Positions 13,701 through 25,612 of a stretch of 64,000 nt of DNA are shown piece after piece (position 1 is the stretch's first letter; every line of letters begins with the position of its first letter). Under the pieces are notes generated by a model, which did no database searches, was not told the origin of the DNA, and saw nothing but the letters and a program-made list of their open reading frames with translations. Location of the stretch: the NCBI RefSeq assembly GCF_009914755.1, contig NC_060925.1. One strand, written 5' to 3'. Both the position numbers and the translations under genes were made by a program. This DNA is from the human T2T-CHM13v2.0 reference genome, Homo sapiens.

Positions 13701-16700
13701 AGAGTGTTTCGAAACCGCTGAATGAAAAGAAAAGTTAAACTCTGAGAGTTGAACGCACACATCACGCAGCAGTTTCTGAGAATGATTCTGTCTAGTTTTT
13801 ATACGAAGATATTTCCTTTTCTGCCTTTGGCCCCAAAGCGCTTGAAATCTCCACTTGCAAATTCCACAAAAACAGTGTTTCAAATCTGCTCTCTCTAAAT
13901 GAAAGTTCAACTCTGTCAGTTGAATACACACAACACAAGGAAGTTACTGAGAATTCTTCTGTCTAGCATAATATGAAGAAATCCCGTTTCCAACGAAGGC
14001 CTCAAAGGGGTCTGAATATCCACTTGCAGACTTTATAAACAGAGTGTTTACTAACTGCTCTATGAAAAGAAAGGTTAAACTCTGTGAGTTGAACACACAC
14101 ATCACAAAGGAGTTTCTGAGAATCATTCTGTCTAGTTTTTCTACGAAGATATTTCCTTTTCTACTATTGACCTCAAAGCGGCTGAAATCTCCACTTGCAA
14201 ATTCCACAAAAAGAGTGTTTCAAGTCTGCTCTCTGTAAAGGATCGTTCAACTCTGTGAGTTGAATACACACAACACAAGGAAGTTACTGAGAATTCTTCT
14301 GTCTAGCAGAATATGAAGAAATCCCGTTTCCAACGAAGGCGTCAAAGAGGTCTGAATATCCACTTGCAGACTTTACAAACAGAGTGTTTCCTAACTGCTC
14401 TATGAAAAGAAAAGTTAAACTCTGTGAGTTGAACGCACACATCACAAAGGAGTTTCTGAGAATCATTCTGTCTAGTCTTTATACGAAGATATTTCCTTTT
14501 CTACCATTGACCTCAAAGCGGCTGAAATCTCCAATTGCAAATTCCACAAAAAGAGTGTTTCAAGTCTGCTCTCTGTAAAGGATCGTTCAACTCTGTGAGT
14601 TGAATACACACAACACAAGGAAGTTAGTGAGAATTATTCTGTCTAGCATAATATGAAGAAATCCCGTTTCCAACGAAGGCCTCAAAGAGGTCTGAATATC
14701 CACTTGCAGACTTTACAAACAGAGTGTTTCCTAACTGCTCTATGAAAAGAAAAGTTAAACTCTGTGAGTTGAACGCACACATCACAAAGGAGTTTCTGAG
14801 AATCATTCTGTCTAGTCTTTATGCGAAGATATTTCCTTTTCTACCATTGACCTCAAAGCGGCTGAAATCTCCACTTGCAAATTCCACAAAAAGAGTGTTT
14901 CAAGTCTGCTCTGTGTAAAGGATCGTTCAACTCTGTGAGTTGAATACACACAACACAAGGAAGTTACTGAGAATTCTTCTGTCTAGCAGAATATGAAGAA
15001 ATCCCGTTTCCAACGAAGACCTCAAGGAGGTCTGAATATCCACTTGCAGACTTTAGAGAGTGTTTCCTAACTGCTCTATGAACAGAAAGGTTAAACTCTG
15101 TGAGTTGAACGCACACATCACAAAGGAGTTTCTGAGAATCATTCTGTCTAGTCTTTATACGAAGATATTTCCTTTTCTACCATTGACCTCAAAGCGGCTG
15201 AAATCTCCACTTGCAAATTCCACAAAAAGAGTGTTTCAAGTCTGCTCTGTGTAAAGGATCGTTCAACTCTGTGAGTTGAATACACACAACACAAGGAAGT
15301 TACTGAGAATTCTTCTGTCTAGCAGAATATGAAGAAATCCCGTTTCCAACGAAGGCCACAAGATGTCAGAATATCCACTTACAGACTTTACAAACAGTGT
15401 GTTTCCTAACTGCTCTATGAACGGAAAGGTTAAACTCTGTGAGTTGAACGAACACATCACAACGCAGTTTGTGGGAATGATTCTGTCTAGTTTTGAAACG
15501 AAGATATTTCCTTTTCTGCCATTGACCTTAAAGCGCTTGAAATCTACACTTGCAAATTGCACAAATAGAGTGTTTCAAATCTGCTCTGTCTAAGGGAACG
15601 TTCAACTCTGTGAGTTGAATGCACACAACACAAGGAAGTTACTGGGAATTCTTCTGTCTAGCCTTACATGAAAAAAACCCGTTTCCAACGAAGGCCTCTA
15701 AGTGGTCAAAATATCCACGTGCAGACTTTACAAACAGAGTGTTTCCAAACCGCTGAATGAAAAGAAAAGTTAAACTCTGAGAGTTGAACGCACACATCAC
15801 GCAGCAGTTTCTGAGAATGATTCTGTCTAGTTTTTATACGAAGATATTTCCTTTTCTGCCTTTGGCCCCAAAGCGCTTGAAATCTCCACTTGCAAATTTC
15901 ACAAAAACAGTGTTTCAAATCTGCTCTCTCTAAATGAAAGTTCAACTCTGTCAGTTGAATACACACAACACAAGGAAGTTACTGAGAATTCTTCTGTCTA
16001 GCATAATATGAAGAAATCCCGTTTCCAACGAAGGCCTCAAAGGGGTCTGAATATCCACTTGCAGACTTTATAAACAGAGTGTTTACTAACTGCTCTATGA
16101 AAAGAAAAGTTAAACTCTGTGTGTTGAACGCACACATCACAAAGGAGTTTCTGAGAATCATTCTGTCTAGTCTTTATACGAAGATATTTCCTTTTCTACC
16201 ATTGACCTCAAAGCGGCTGAAATCTCCACTTGCAAATTCCACAAAAAGAGTGTTTCAAGTCTGCTCTGCGTAAAGGATCGTTCAACTCTGTGAGTTGAAT
16301 ACACACAACACAAGGAAGTTACTGAGAATTCTTCTGTCTAGCAGAATATGAAGAAATCCCGTTTCCAACGAAGGCCTCAAAGAGGTCTGAATATCCACGT
16401 GCAGACTTTACAAACAGAGTGTTTCCTAACTGCTCTATGAAAAGAAAAGTTAAACTCTGTGAGTTGAACGCACACATCACAAAGGAGTTTCTGAGAATCA
16501 TTCTGTCTAGTCTTTATACGAAGACATTTCCTTTTCTACCATAGACCTCAAAGCGGCTGAAATCTCCACTTGCAAATTCCACAAAAAGAGTGTTTCAAGT
16601 CTGCTCTCTGTAAAGGATCGTTCAACTCTGTGAGTTGAATACACACAACACAAGGAAGTTACTGAGAATTCTTCTGTCTAGCAGAATATGAAGAAATCCC

Positions 16701-19700
16701 GTTTCCAACGAAGGCCACAAGATGTCAGAATATCCACTTACAGACTTTACAAACAGAGTGTTTCCTAACTGCTCTATGAACAGAAAGGTTAAACTCTGTG
16801 AGTTGAACGAACACATCACAACGCAGTTTGTGGGAATGATTCTGTCTAGTTTTCAAACGAAGATATTTCCTTTTCTGCCATTGACCTTAAAGCGCTTGAA
16901 ATCTACACTTGCAAATTGCACAAATAGAGTGTTTCAAATCTGCTCTGTCTAAGGGAACGTTCAACTCTGTGAGTTGAATACACACAACACAAGGAAGTTA
17001 CTGGGAATTCTTCTGTCTAGCCTTACATTAAAAAAAACCCGTTTCCAACGAAGACCTCTAAGTGGTCAAAATATCCACGTGCAGACTTTACAAACAGAGT
17101 GTTTCCAAACCGCTGAATGAAAAGAAAAGTTAAACTCTGAGAGTTGAACGCACACATCACGCAGCAGTTTCTGAGAATGATTCTGTCTAGTTTTTATACG
17201 AAGATATTTCGTTTTCTGCCTTTGGCCCCAAAGCGCTTGAAATCTCCACTTGCAAATTCCACAAAAACAGTGTTTCAAATCTGCTCTCTCTAAATGAAAG
17301 TTCAACTCTGTCAGTTGAATACACACAACACAAGGAAGTTACTGAGAATTCTTCTGTCTAGCATAATATGAAGAAATCCCGTTTCCAACGAAGGCCTCAA
17401 AGGGGTCTGAATATCCACTTGCAGACTTTATAAACAGAGTGTTTACTAACTGCTCTATGAAAAGAAAGGTTAAACTCTGTGAGTTGAACACACACATCAC
17501 AAAGGAGTTTCTGAGAATCATTCTGTCTAGTTTTTCTACGAAGATATTTCCTTTTCTACAATTGACCTCAAAGCGGGTGAAATCTCCACTTGCAAATTCC
17601 ACAAAAAGAGTGTTTCAAGTATGCTCTGTGTAAAGGATCGTTCAACTCTGTGAGTTGAATACACACAACACAGGGAAGTTAATGAGAATTCTTCTGTCTA
17701 GCAGAATATGAAGAAATCCCGTTTCCAACGAAGGCCTCAAAGAGGTCTGAATATCCAATTGCAGACTTTACAAACAGAGTGTTTCCTAACTGCTCTATGA
17801 AAAGAAAGGTTAAACTCTGTGAGTTGAACGCACACATCACAAAGGAGTTTATGAGAATCATTCTGTCTAGTTTCTATTGGAAGATATTTCCTATTCTACC
17901 ATTGACCTCAAAGCGGCTGAAATCTCCACTTGCAAATTCCACAAAAAGAGTGTTTCAAGTCTGCTCTCTGTAAAGGATCCTTCAACTCTGTGAGTTGAAT
18001 ACACACAACACAAGGAAGTTACTGAGAATTATTCTGTCTAGCATAATATGAAGAAATCTTGTTTCCAACGAAGGCCTCAAAGAGGTCTGAATATCCACTT
18101 GCAGACTTTACAAACAGAGTGTTTCCTAACTGCTCTATGAAAAGAAAGGTTAAACTCTGTGTGTTGAACGCACACATCACAAAGGAGTTTCTGAGAATCA
18201 TTCTGTCTAGTTTTTCTACGAAGATATTTCCTTTTCTACTATTGACCTGAAAGCGGCTGAAATCTCCACTTGCAAATTCCACAAAAAGAGTGTTTCAAGT
18301 CTGCTCTGTGTAAAGGATCGTTCAACTCTGTGAGTTGAATACACACAACACAAGGAAGTTACTGAGAATTCTTCTGTCTAGCAGAATATGAAGAAATCCC
18401 GTTTCCAACGAAGGCCTCAAAGAGGTCTGAATATCCACTTGCAGACTTTACAAACAGAGTGTTTCCTAACTGCTCTATGAAAAGAAAGGTTAAACTCTGT
18501 GAGTTCAACGCACACATCACAAAGGAGTTTATGAGAATCATTCTGTCTAGTTTCTATAGGAAGATATTTCCTATTCTACCATTGACCTCAAAGCGGCTGA
18601 AATCTCCACTTGCAAATTCCACAAAAAGAGTGTTTCAAGTCTGCTCTCTGTAAAGGATCGTTCAACTCTGTGAGTTGAATACACACAACACAAGGAAGTT
18701 ACTGAGAATTATTCTGTCTAGCATAATATGAAGAAATCTCGTTTCCAACGAAGGCCTCAAAGAGGTCTGAATATCCACTTGCAGACTTTACAAACAGAGT
18801 GTTTCCTAACTGCTCTATGAAAAGAAAAGTTTAACTCTGTGTGTTGAACGCACACATCACAAAGGAGTTTCTGAGAATCATTCTGTCTAGTCTTTATACG
18901 AAGATATTTCCTTTTCTACCATTGACCTCAAAGCGGCTGAAATCTCCACTTGCAAATTCCACAAAAAGAGTGTTTCAAGTCTGCTCTCTGTAAAGGATCG
19001 TTCAACTCTGTGAGTTGAATACACACAACACAAGGAAGTTACTGAGAATTCTTCTGTCTAGCAGAATATGAAGAAATCCCGTTTCCAACGAAGGCCTCAA
19101 AGAGGTCTGAATATCCACTTGCAGACTTTACAAACAGAGTGTTTCCTAACCGCTCTATGAAAAGAAAAGTTAAACTCTGTGTGTTGAACGCACACATCAC
19201 AAAGGAGTTTCTGAGAATCATTCTGTCTAGTCTTTATACGAAGATATATCCTTTTCTAACATTGACCTCAAAGCGGCTGAAATCTCCAATTGCGAATTCC
19301 ACAAAAAGAGTGTTTCAAGTCTGCTCTCTGTAAAGGATCGTTCAACTCTGTGAGTTGAATACACACAACACAAGGAAGTTACTGAGAAGTATTCTGTCTA
19401 GCATAATATGAAGAAATCCCGTTTCCAACGAAGGCCTCAAAGAGGTCTGAATATCCACTTGCAGACTTTACAGAGTGTTTCCTAACTGCTCTATGAAAAG
19501 ACAAGTTAAACTCTGTGAGTTGAACGCACACATCACAAAGGAGTTTCTGAGAATCATTCTGTCTAGTCTTTATACGAAGATATTTCCTTTTCTACCATTG
19601 ACCTCAAAGCGGCTGAAATCTCCACTTGCAAATTCCACAAAAAGAGTGTTTCAAGTCTGCTCTGTGTAAAGAATCGTTCAACTCTGTAAGTTGAATACAC

Positions 19701-21020
19701 ACAACACAAGGAAGTTACTGAGAATTCTTCTGTCTAGCAGAATATGAGGAAATCCCGTTTCCAACGAAGGCCTCAAGGAGGTCTGAATATCCACTTGCAG
19801 ACTTTACAAACAGAGTGTTTCCTAACTGCTCTATGAAAAGATAGGTTAAACTCTGTGAGTTGAACGCACACATCACAAAGGAGTTTCTGAGAATCATTCT
19901 GTCTAGTCTTTATACGAAGATATTTCCTTTTCTACCATTGACCTCAAAGCGGCTGAAATCTCCACTTGCAAATTCCACAAAAAGAGTGTTTCAAGTCTGC
20001 TCTGTGTAAAGGATCGTTCAACTCTGTGAGTTGAATACACACAACACAAGGAAGTTACTGAGAATTCTTCTGTCTAGCAGAATATGAAGAAATCCCGTTT
20101 CCAACGAAGGCCACAAGAGGTCAGAATATCCACTTACAGACTTTACAAACAGAGTGTTTCCTAACTGCTCTATGAACAGAAAGGTTAAACTCTATGAGTT
20201 GAACGAACACATCACAACGCAGTTTGTGGGAATGATTCTGTCTAGTTTTGAAACGAAGATATTTCCTTTTCTGCCATTGACCTTAAAGCGCTTGAAATCT
20301 ACACTTGCAAATTGCACAAATAGAGTGTTTCAAATCTGCTCTGTCTAAGGGAACGTTCAACTCTGTGAGTTGAATGCACACAACACAAGGAAGTTACTGG
20401 GAATTCTTCTGTCTAGCCTTACATGAAAAAAACTCGTTTCCAACGAAGGCCTCTAAGTGGTCAAAATATCCACGTGCAGACTTTACAAACAGAGTGTTTC
20501 GAAACCGCTGAATGAAAAGAAAAGTTAAACTCTGAGAGTTGAACGCACACATCACGCAGCAGTTTCTGAGAATGATTCTGTCTAGTTTTTATACGAAGAT
20601 ATTTCCTTTTCTGCCTTTGGCCCCAAAGCGCTTGAAATCTCCACTTGCAAATTCCACAAAAACAGTGTTTCAAATCTGCTCTCTCTAAATGAAAGTTCAA
20701 CTCTGTCAGTTGAATACACACAACACAAGGAAGTTACTGAGAATTCTTCTGTCTAGCATAATATGAAGAAATCCCGTTTCCAACGAAGGCCTCAAAGGGG
20801 TCTGAATATCCACTTGCAGACTTTATAAACAGAGTGTTTACTAACTGCTCTATGAAAAGAAAGGTTAAACTCTGTGAGTTGAACACACACATCACAAAGG
20901 AGTTTCTGAGAATCATTCTGTCTAGTTTTTCTACGAAGATATTTCCTTTTCTACTATTGACCTCAAAGCGGCTGAAATCTCCACTTGCAAATTCCACAAA
21001 AAGAGTGTTTCAAGTCTGCT
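7745..21020 (-). repeat. Tandem duplication of a 12+8+16/20-mer block (6110-bp and 6790-bp copies)
   Basis: Private variants recur at +6110 (ORF marks 8614/14724, 10512/16622, 10956/17066, 11909/18019) and then at +6790 (12349/19139, 12685/19475, 13364/20154, 13671/20461). Ends are approximate. Confidence 0.88.
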
Positions 21021-24000
21021 CTGTGTAAAGGATCGTTCAACTCTGCGAGTTCAATACACACAACACAAGGAAGTTACTGAGAATTCTTCTGTCTAGCAGA
21101 ATATGAAGAAATCCCGTTTCCAACGAAGGCCTCAAAGAGGTCTGAATATCCACTTGCAGACTTTACAAACATAGTGTTTCCTAACTGCTCTATGAAAAGA
21201 AAGGTTAAACTCTGTGAGTTGAACGCACACATCACAAAGGAGTTTCTGAGAATCATTCTGTCTAGTTTCTATAGGAAGATATTTCCTATTCTATCATTGA
21301 CCTCAAAGCGGCTGAAATCTCCACTTGCAAATTCCACAAAAAGAGTGTTTCAAGTCTGCTCTCTGTAAAGGATCGTTCAACTCTGTGAGTTGAATACACA
21401 CAACACAAGGAAGTTACTGAGAATTATTCTGTCTAGCATAATATGAAGAAATCCCTTTTCCAGCGAAGGCCTCAAAGAGGTCTGAATATCCACTTGCAGA
21501 CTTTACAAACAGAGTGTTTCCTAACTGCTCTATGAAAAGAAAAGTTAAACTCTGTGTGTTGAACGCACACATCACAAAGGAGTTTCTGAGAATCATTCTG
21601 TCTAGTCTTTATACGAAGATATTTCCTTTTCTACCATTGACCTCAAAGCGGCTGAAATCTCCACTTGCAAATTCCACAAAAAGAGTGTTTCAAGTCTGCT
21701 CTGTGTAAAGGATCGTTCAACTCTGTGAGTTGAATACACACAACACAAGGAAGTTACTGAGAATTCTTCTGTCTAGCAGAATATGAAGAAATCCCGTTTC
21801 CAACGAAGGCCTCAAAGAGGTCTGAATATCCACTTGCAGACTTTACAAACAGAGTGTTTCCTAACTGCTCTATGAAAAGAAAAGTTAAACTCTGTGAGTT
21901 GAACGCACACATCACAAAGGAGTTTCTGAGAATCATTCTGTCTAGTCTTTATACGAAGATATTTCCTTTTCTACCATTGACCTCAAAGCGGCTGAAATCT
22001 CCACTTGCAAATTCCACAAAAAGAGTGTTTCAAGTCTGCTCTCTGTAAAGGATCGTTCAACTCTGTGAGTTGAATACACACAACACAAGGAAGTTACTGA
22101 GAATTATTCTGTCTAGCATAATATGAAGAAATCCCGTTTCCAACGAAGGCCTCAAAGAGGTCTGAATATCCACTTGCAGACTTTACAAACAGAGTGTTTC
22201 CTAACTGCTCTATGAAAAGAAAAGTTAAACTCTGTGAGTTGAACGCACACATCACAAAGGAGTTTCTGAGAATCATTCTGTCTAGTCTTTATACGAAGAT
22301 ATTTCCTTTTCTACCATTGACCTCAAAGCGGCTGAAATCTCCACTTGCAAATTCCACAAAAAGAGTGTTTCAAGTCTGCTCTGTGTAAAGGATCGTTCAA
22401 CTCTGTGAGTTGAATACACACAACACAAGGAAGTTACTGAGAATTCTTCTGTCTAGCAGAATATGAAGAAATGCCGTTTCCAACGAAGACCTCAAGGAGG
22501 TCTGAATATCCACTTGCAGACTTTAGAGAGTGTTTCCTAACTGCTCTATGAAAAGAAAGGTTAAACTCTGTGAGTTGAACGCACACATCACAAAGGAGTT
22601 TCTGAGAATCATTCTGTCTAGTCTTTATACGAAGATATTTCCTTTTCTACCATTGACCTCAAAGTGGCTGAAATCTCCACTTGCAAATTCCACAAAAAGA
22701 GTGTTTCAAGTCTGCTCTGTGTAAAGGATCGTTCAACTCTGTGAGTTAAATACACACAACACAAGGAAGTTACTGAGAATTCTTCTGTCTAGCAGAATAT
22801 GAAGAAATCCCGTTTCCAACGAAGGCCACAAGATGTCAGAATATCCACTTACAGACTTTACAAACAGTGTGTTTCCTAACTGCTCTATGAACGGAAAGGT
22901 TAAACTCTGTGAGTTGAACGAACCCATCACAACGCAGTTTGTGGGAATGATTCTGTCTAGTTTTGAAACGAAGATATTTCCTTTTCTGTCATTGACCTTA
23001 AAGCGCTTGAAATCTACACTTGCAAATTGCACAAATAGAGTGTTTCAAATCTGCTCTGTCTAAGGGAACGTTCAACTCTGTGAGTTGAATGCACACAACA
23101 CAAGGAAGTTACTGGGAATTCTTCTGTCTAGCCTTACATGAAAAAAACCCGTTTCCAACGAAGGCCTCTAAGTGGTCAAAATATCCACGTGCAGACTTTA
23201 CAAACAGAGTGTTTCCAAACCGCTGAATGAAAAGAAAAGTTAAACTCTGAGAGTTGAACGCACACATCACGCAGCAGTTTCTGAGAATGATTCTGTCTAG
23301 TTTTTATACGAAGATATTTCCTTTTCTGCCTTTGGCCCCAAAGCGCTTGAAATCTCCACTTGCAAATTCCACAAAAACAGTGTTTCAAATCTGCTCTCTC
23401 TAAATGAAAGTTCAACTCTGTCAGTTGAATACACACAACACAAGGAAGTTACTGAGAATTCTTCTGTCTAGCATAATATGAAGAAATCCCGTTTCCAAAG
23501 AAGGCCTCAAAGGGGTCTGAATATCCACTTGCAGACTTTATAAACAGAGTGTTTACTAACTGCTCTATGAAAAGAAAAGTTAAACTCTGTGTGTTGAACG
23601 CACACATCACAAAGGAGTTTCTGAGAATCATTCTGTCTAGTCTTTATACGAAGATATTTCCTTTTCTACCATTGACCTCAAAGCGGCTGAAATCTCCACT
23701 TGCAAATTCCACAAAAAGAGTGTTTCAAGTCTGCTCTCTGTAAAGGATCGTTCAACTCTGTGAGTTGAATACACACAACACAAGGAAGTTACTGAGAATT
23801 ATTCTGTCTAGCATAATATGAAGAATCACATTTCCAACGAAGGCCTCAAAGAGGTCTGAATATCCACTTGCAGACTTTACAAACAGAGTGTTTCCTAACT
23901 GCTCTATGAAAAGAAAAGTTAAACTCTGTGAGTTGAACGCACACATCACAAAGGAGTTTCTGAGAATCATTCTGTCTAGTCTTTATACGAAGATATTTCC

Positions 24001-25612
24001 TTTTCTACCATTGACCTCAAAGCGGCTGAAATCTCCACTTGCAAATTCCACAAAAAGAGTGTTTCAAGTCTGCTCTGTGTAAAGGATCGTTCAACTCTGT
24101 GAGTTGAATACACACAACACAAGGAAGTTACTGAGAATTCTTCTGTCTAGCAGAATATGAAGAAATACCGTTTCCAACCAAGACCTCAAGGAGGTCTGAA
24201 TATCCACTTGCAGACTTTAGAGAGTGTTTCCTAACTGCTCTATAAAAAGAAAGGTTAAACTCTGTGAGTTGAACGCACACATCACAAAGGAGTTTCTGAG
24301 AATCATTCTGTCTAGTCTTTATACGAAGATATTTCCTTTTCTACCATTGACCTCAAAGCGGCTGAAATCTCCACTTGCAAATTCCACAAAAAGAGTGTTT
24401 CAAGTCTGCTCTGTGTAAAGGATCGTTCAACTCTGTGAGTTGAATACACACAACACAAGGAAGTTACTGAGAATTCTTCTGTCTAGCAGAATATGAAGAA
24501 ATCCCGTTTCCAACGAAGGCCACAAGATGTCAGAATATCCAGTTACAGACTTTACAAACAGTGTGTTTCCTAACTGCTCTATGAACGGAAAGGTTAAACT
24601 CTGTGAGTTGAACGAACACATCACAACGCAGTTTGTGGGAATGATTCTGTCTAGTTTTGAAACGAAGATATTTCCTTTTCTGCCATTGACCTTAAAGCGC
24701 TTGAAATCTACACTTGCAAATTGCACAAATAGAGTGTTTCAAATCTGCTCTGTCTAAGGGAACGTTCAACTCTGTGAGTTGAATGCACACAACACAAGGA
24801 AGTTACTGGGAATTCTTCTGTCTAGCCTTACATGAAAAAAACCCGTTTCCAACGAAGGCCTCTAAGTGGTCAAAATATCCACGTGCAGACTTTACAAACA
24901 GAGTGTTTCCAAACCGCTGAATGAAAAGAAAAGTTAAACTCTGAGAGTTGAACGCACACATCACGCAGCAGTTTCTGAGAATGATTCTGTCTAGTTTTTA
25001 TACGAAGATATTTCCTTTTCTGCCTTTGGCCCCAAAGCGCTTGAAATCTCCATTTGCAAATTCCACAAAAACAGTGTTTCAAATCTGCTCTCTCTAAATG
25101 AAAGTTCAACTCTGTCAGTTGAATACACACAACACAAGGAAGTTACTGAGAATTCTTCTGTCTAGCATAATATGAAGAAATCCCGTTTCCAACGAAGGCC
25201 TCAAAGGGGTCTGAATATCCACTTGCAGACGTTATAAACAGAGTGTTTACTAACTGCTCTATGAAAAGAAAGGTTAAACTCTGTGAGTTGAACACACACA
25301 TCACAAAGGAGTTTCTGAGAATCATTCTGTCTAGTTTTTCTACGAAGATATTTCCTTTTCTACTATTGACCTCAAAGCGGCTGAAATCTCCACTTGCAAA
25401 TTCCACAAAAAGAGTGTTTCAAGTCTGCTCTGTGTAAAGGATCGTTCAACTCTGTGAGTTGAATACACACAACACAAGGAAGTTACTGAGAATTCTTCTG
25501 TCTAGCAGAATATGAAGAAATCCCGTTTCCAACGAAGGCCTCAAAGAGGTCTGAATATCCACGTGCAGACTTTACAAACAGAGTGTTTCCTAACTGCTCT
25601 ATGAAAAGAAAG

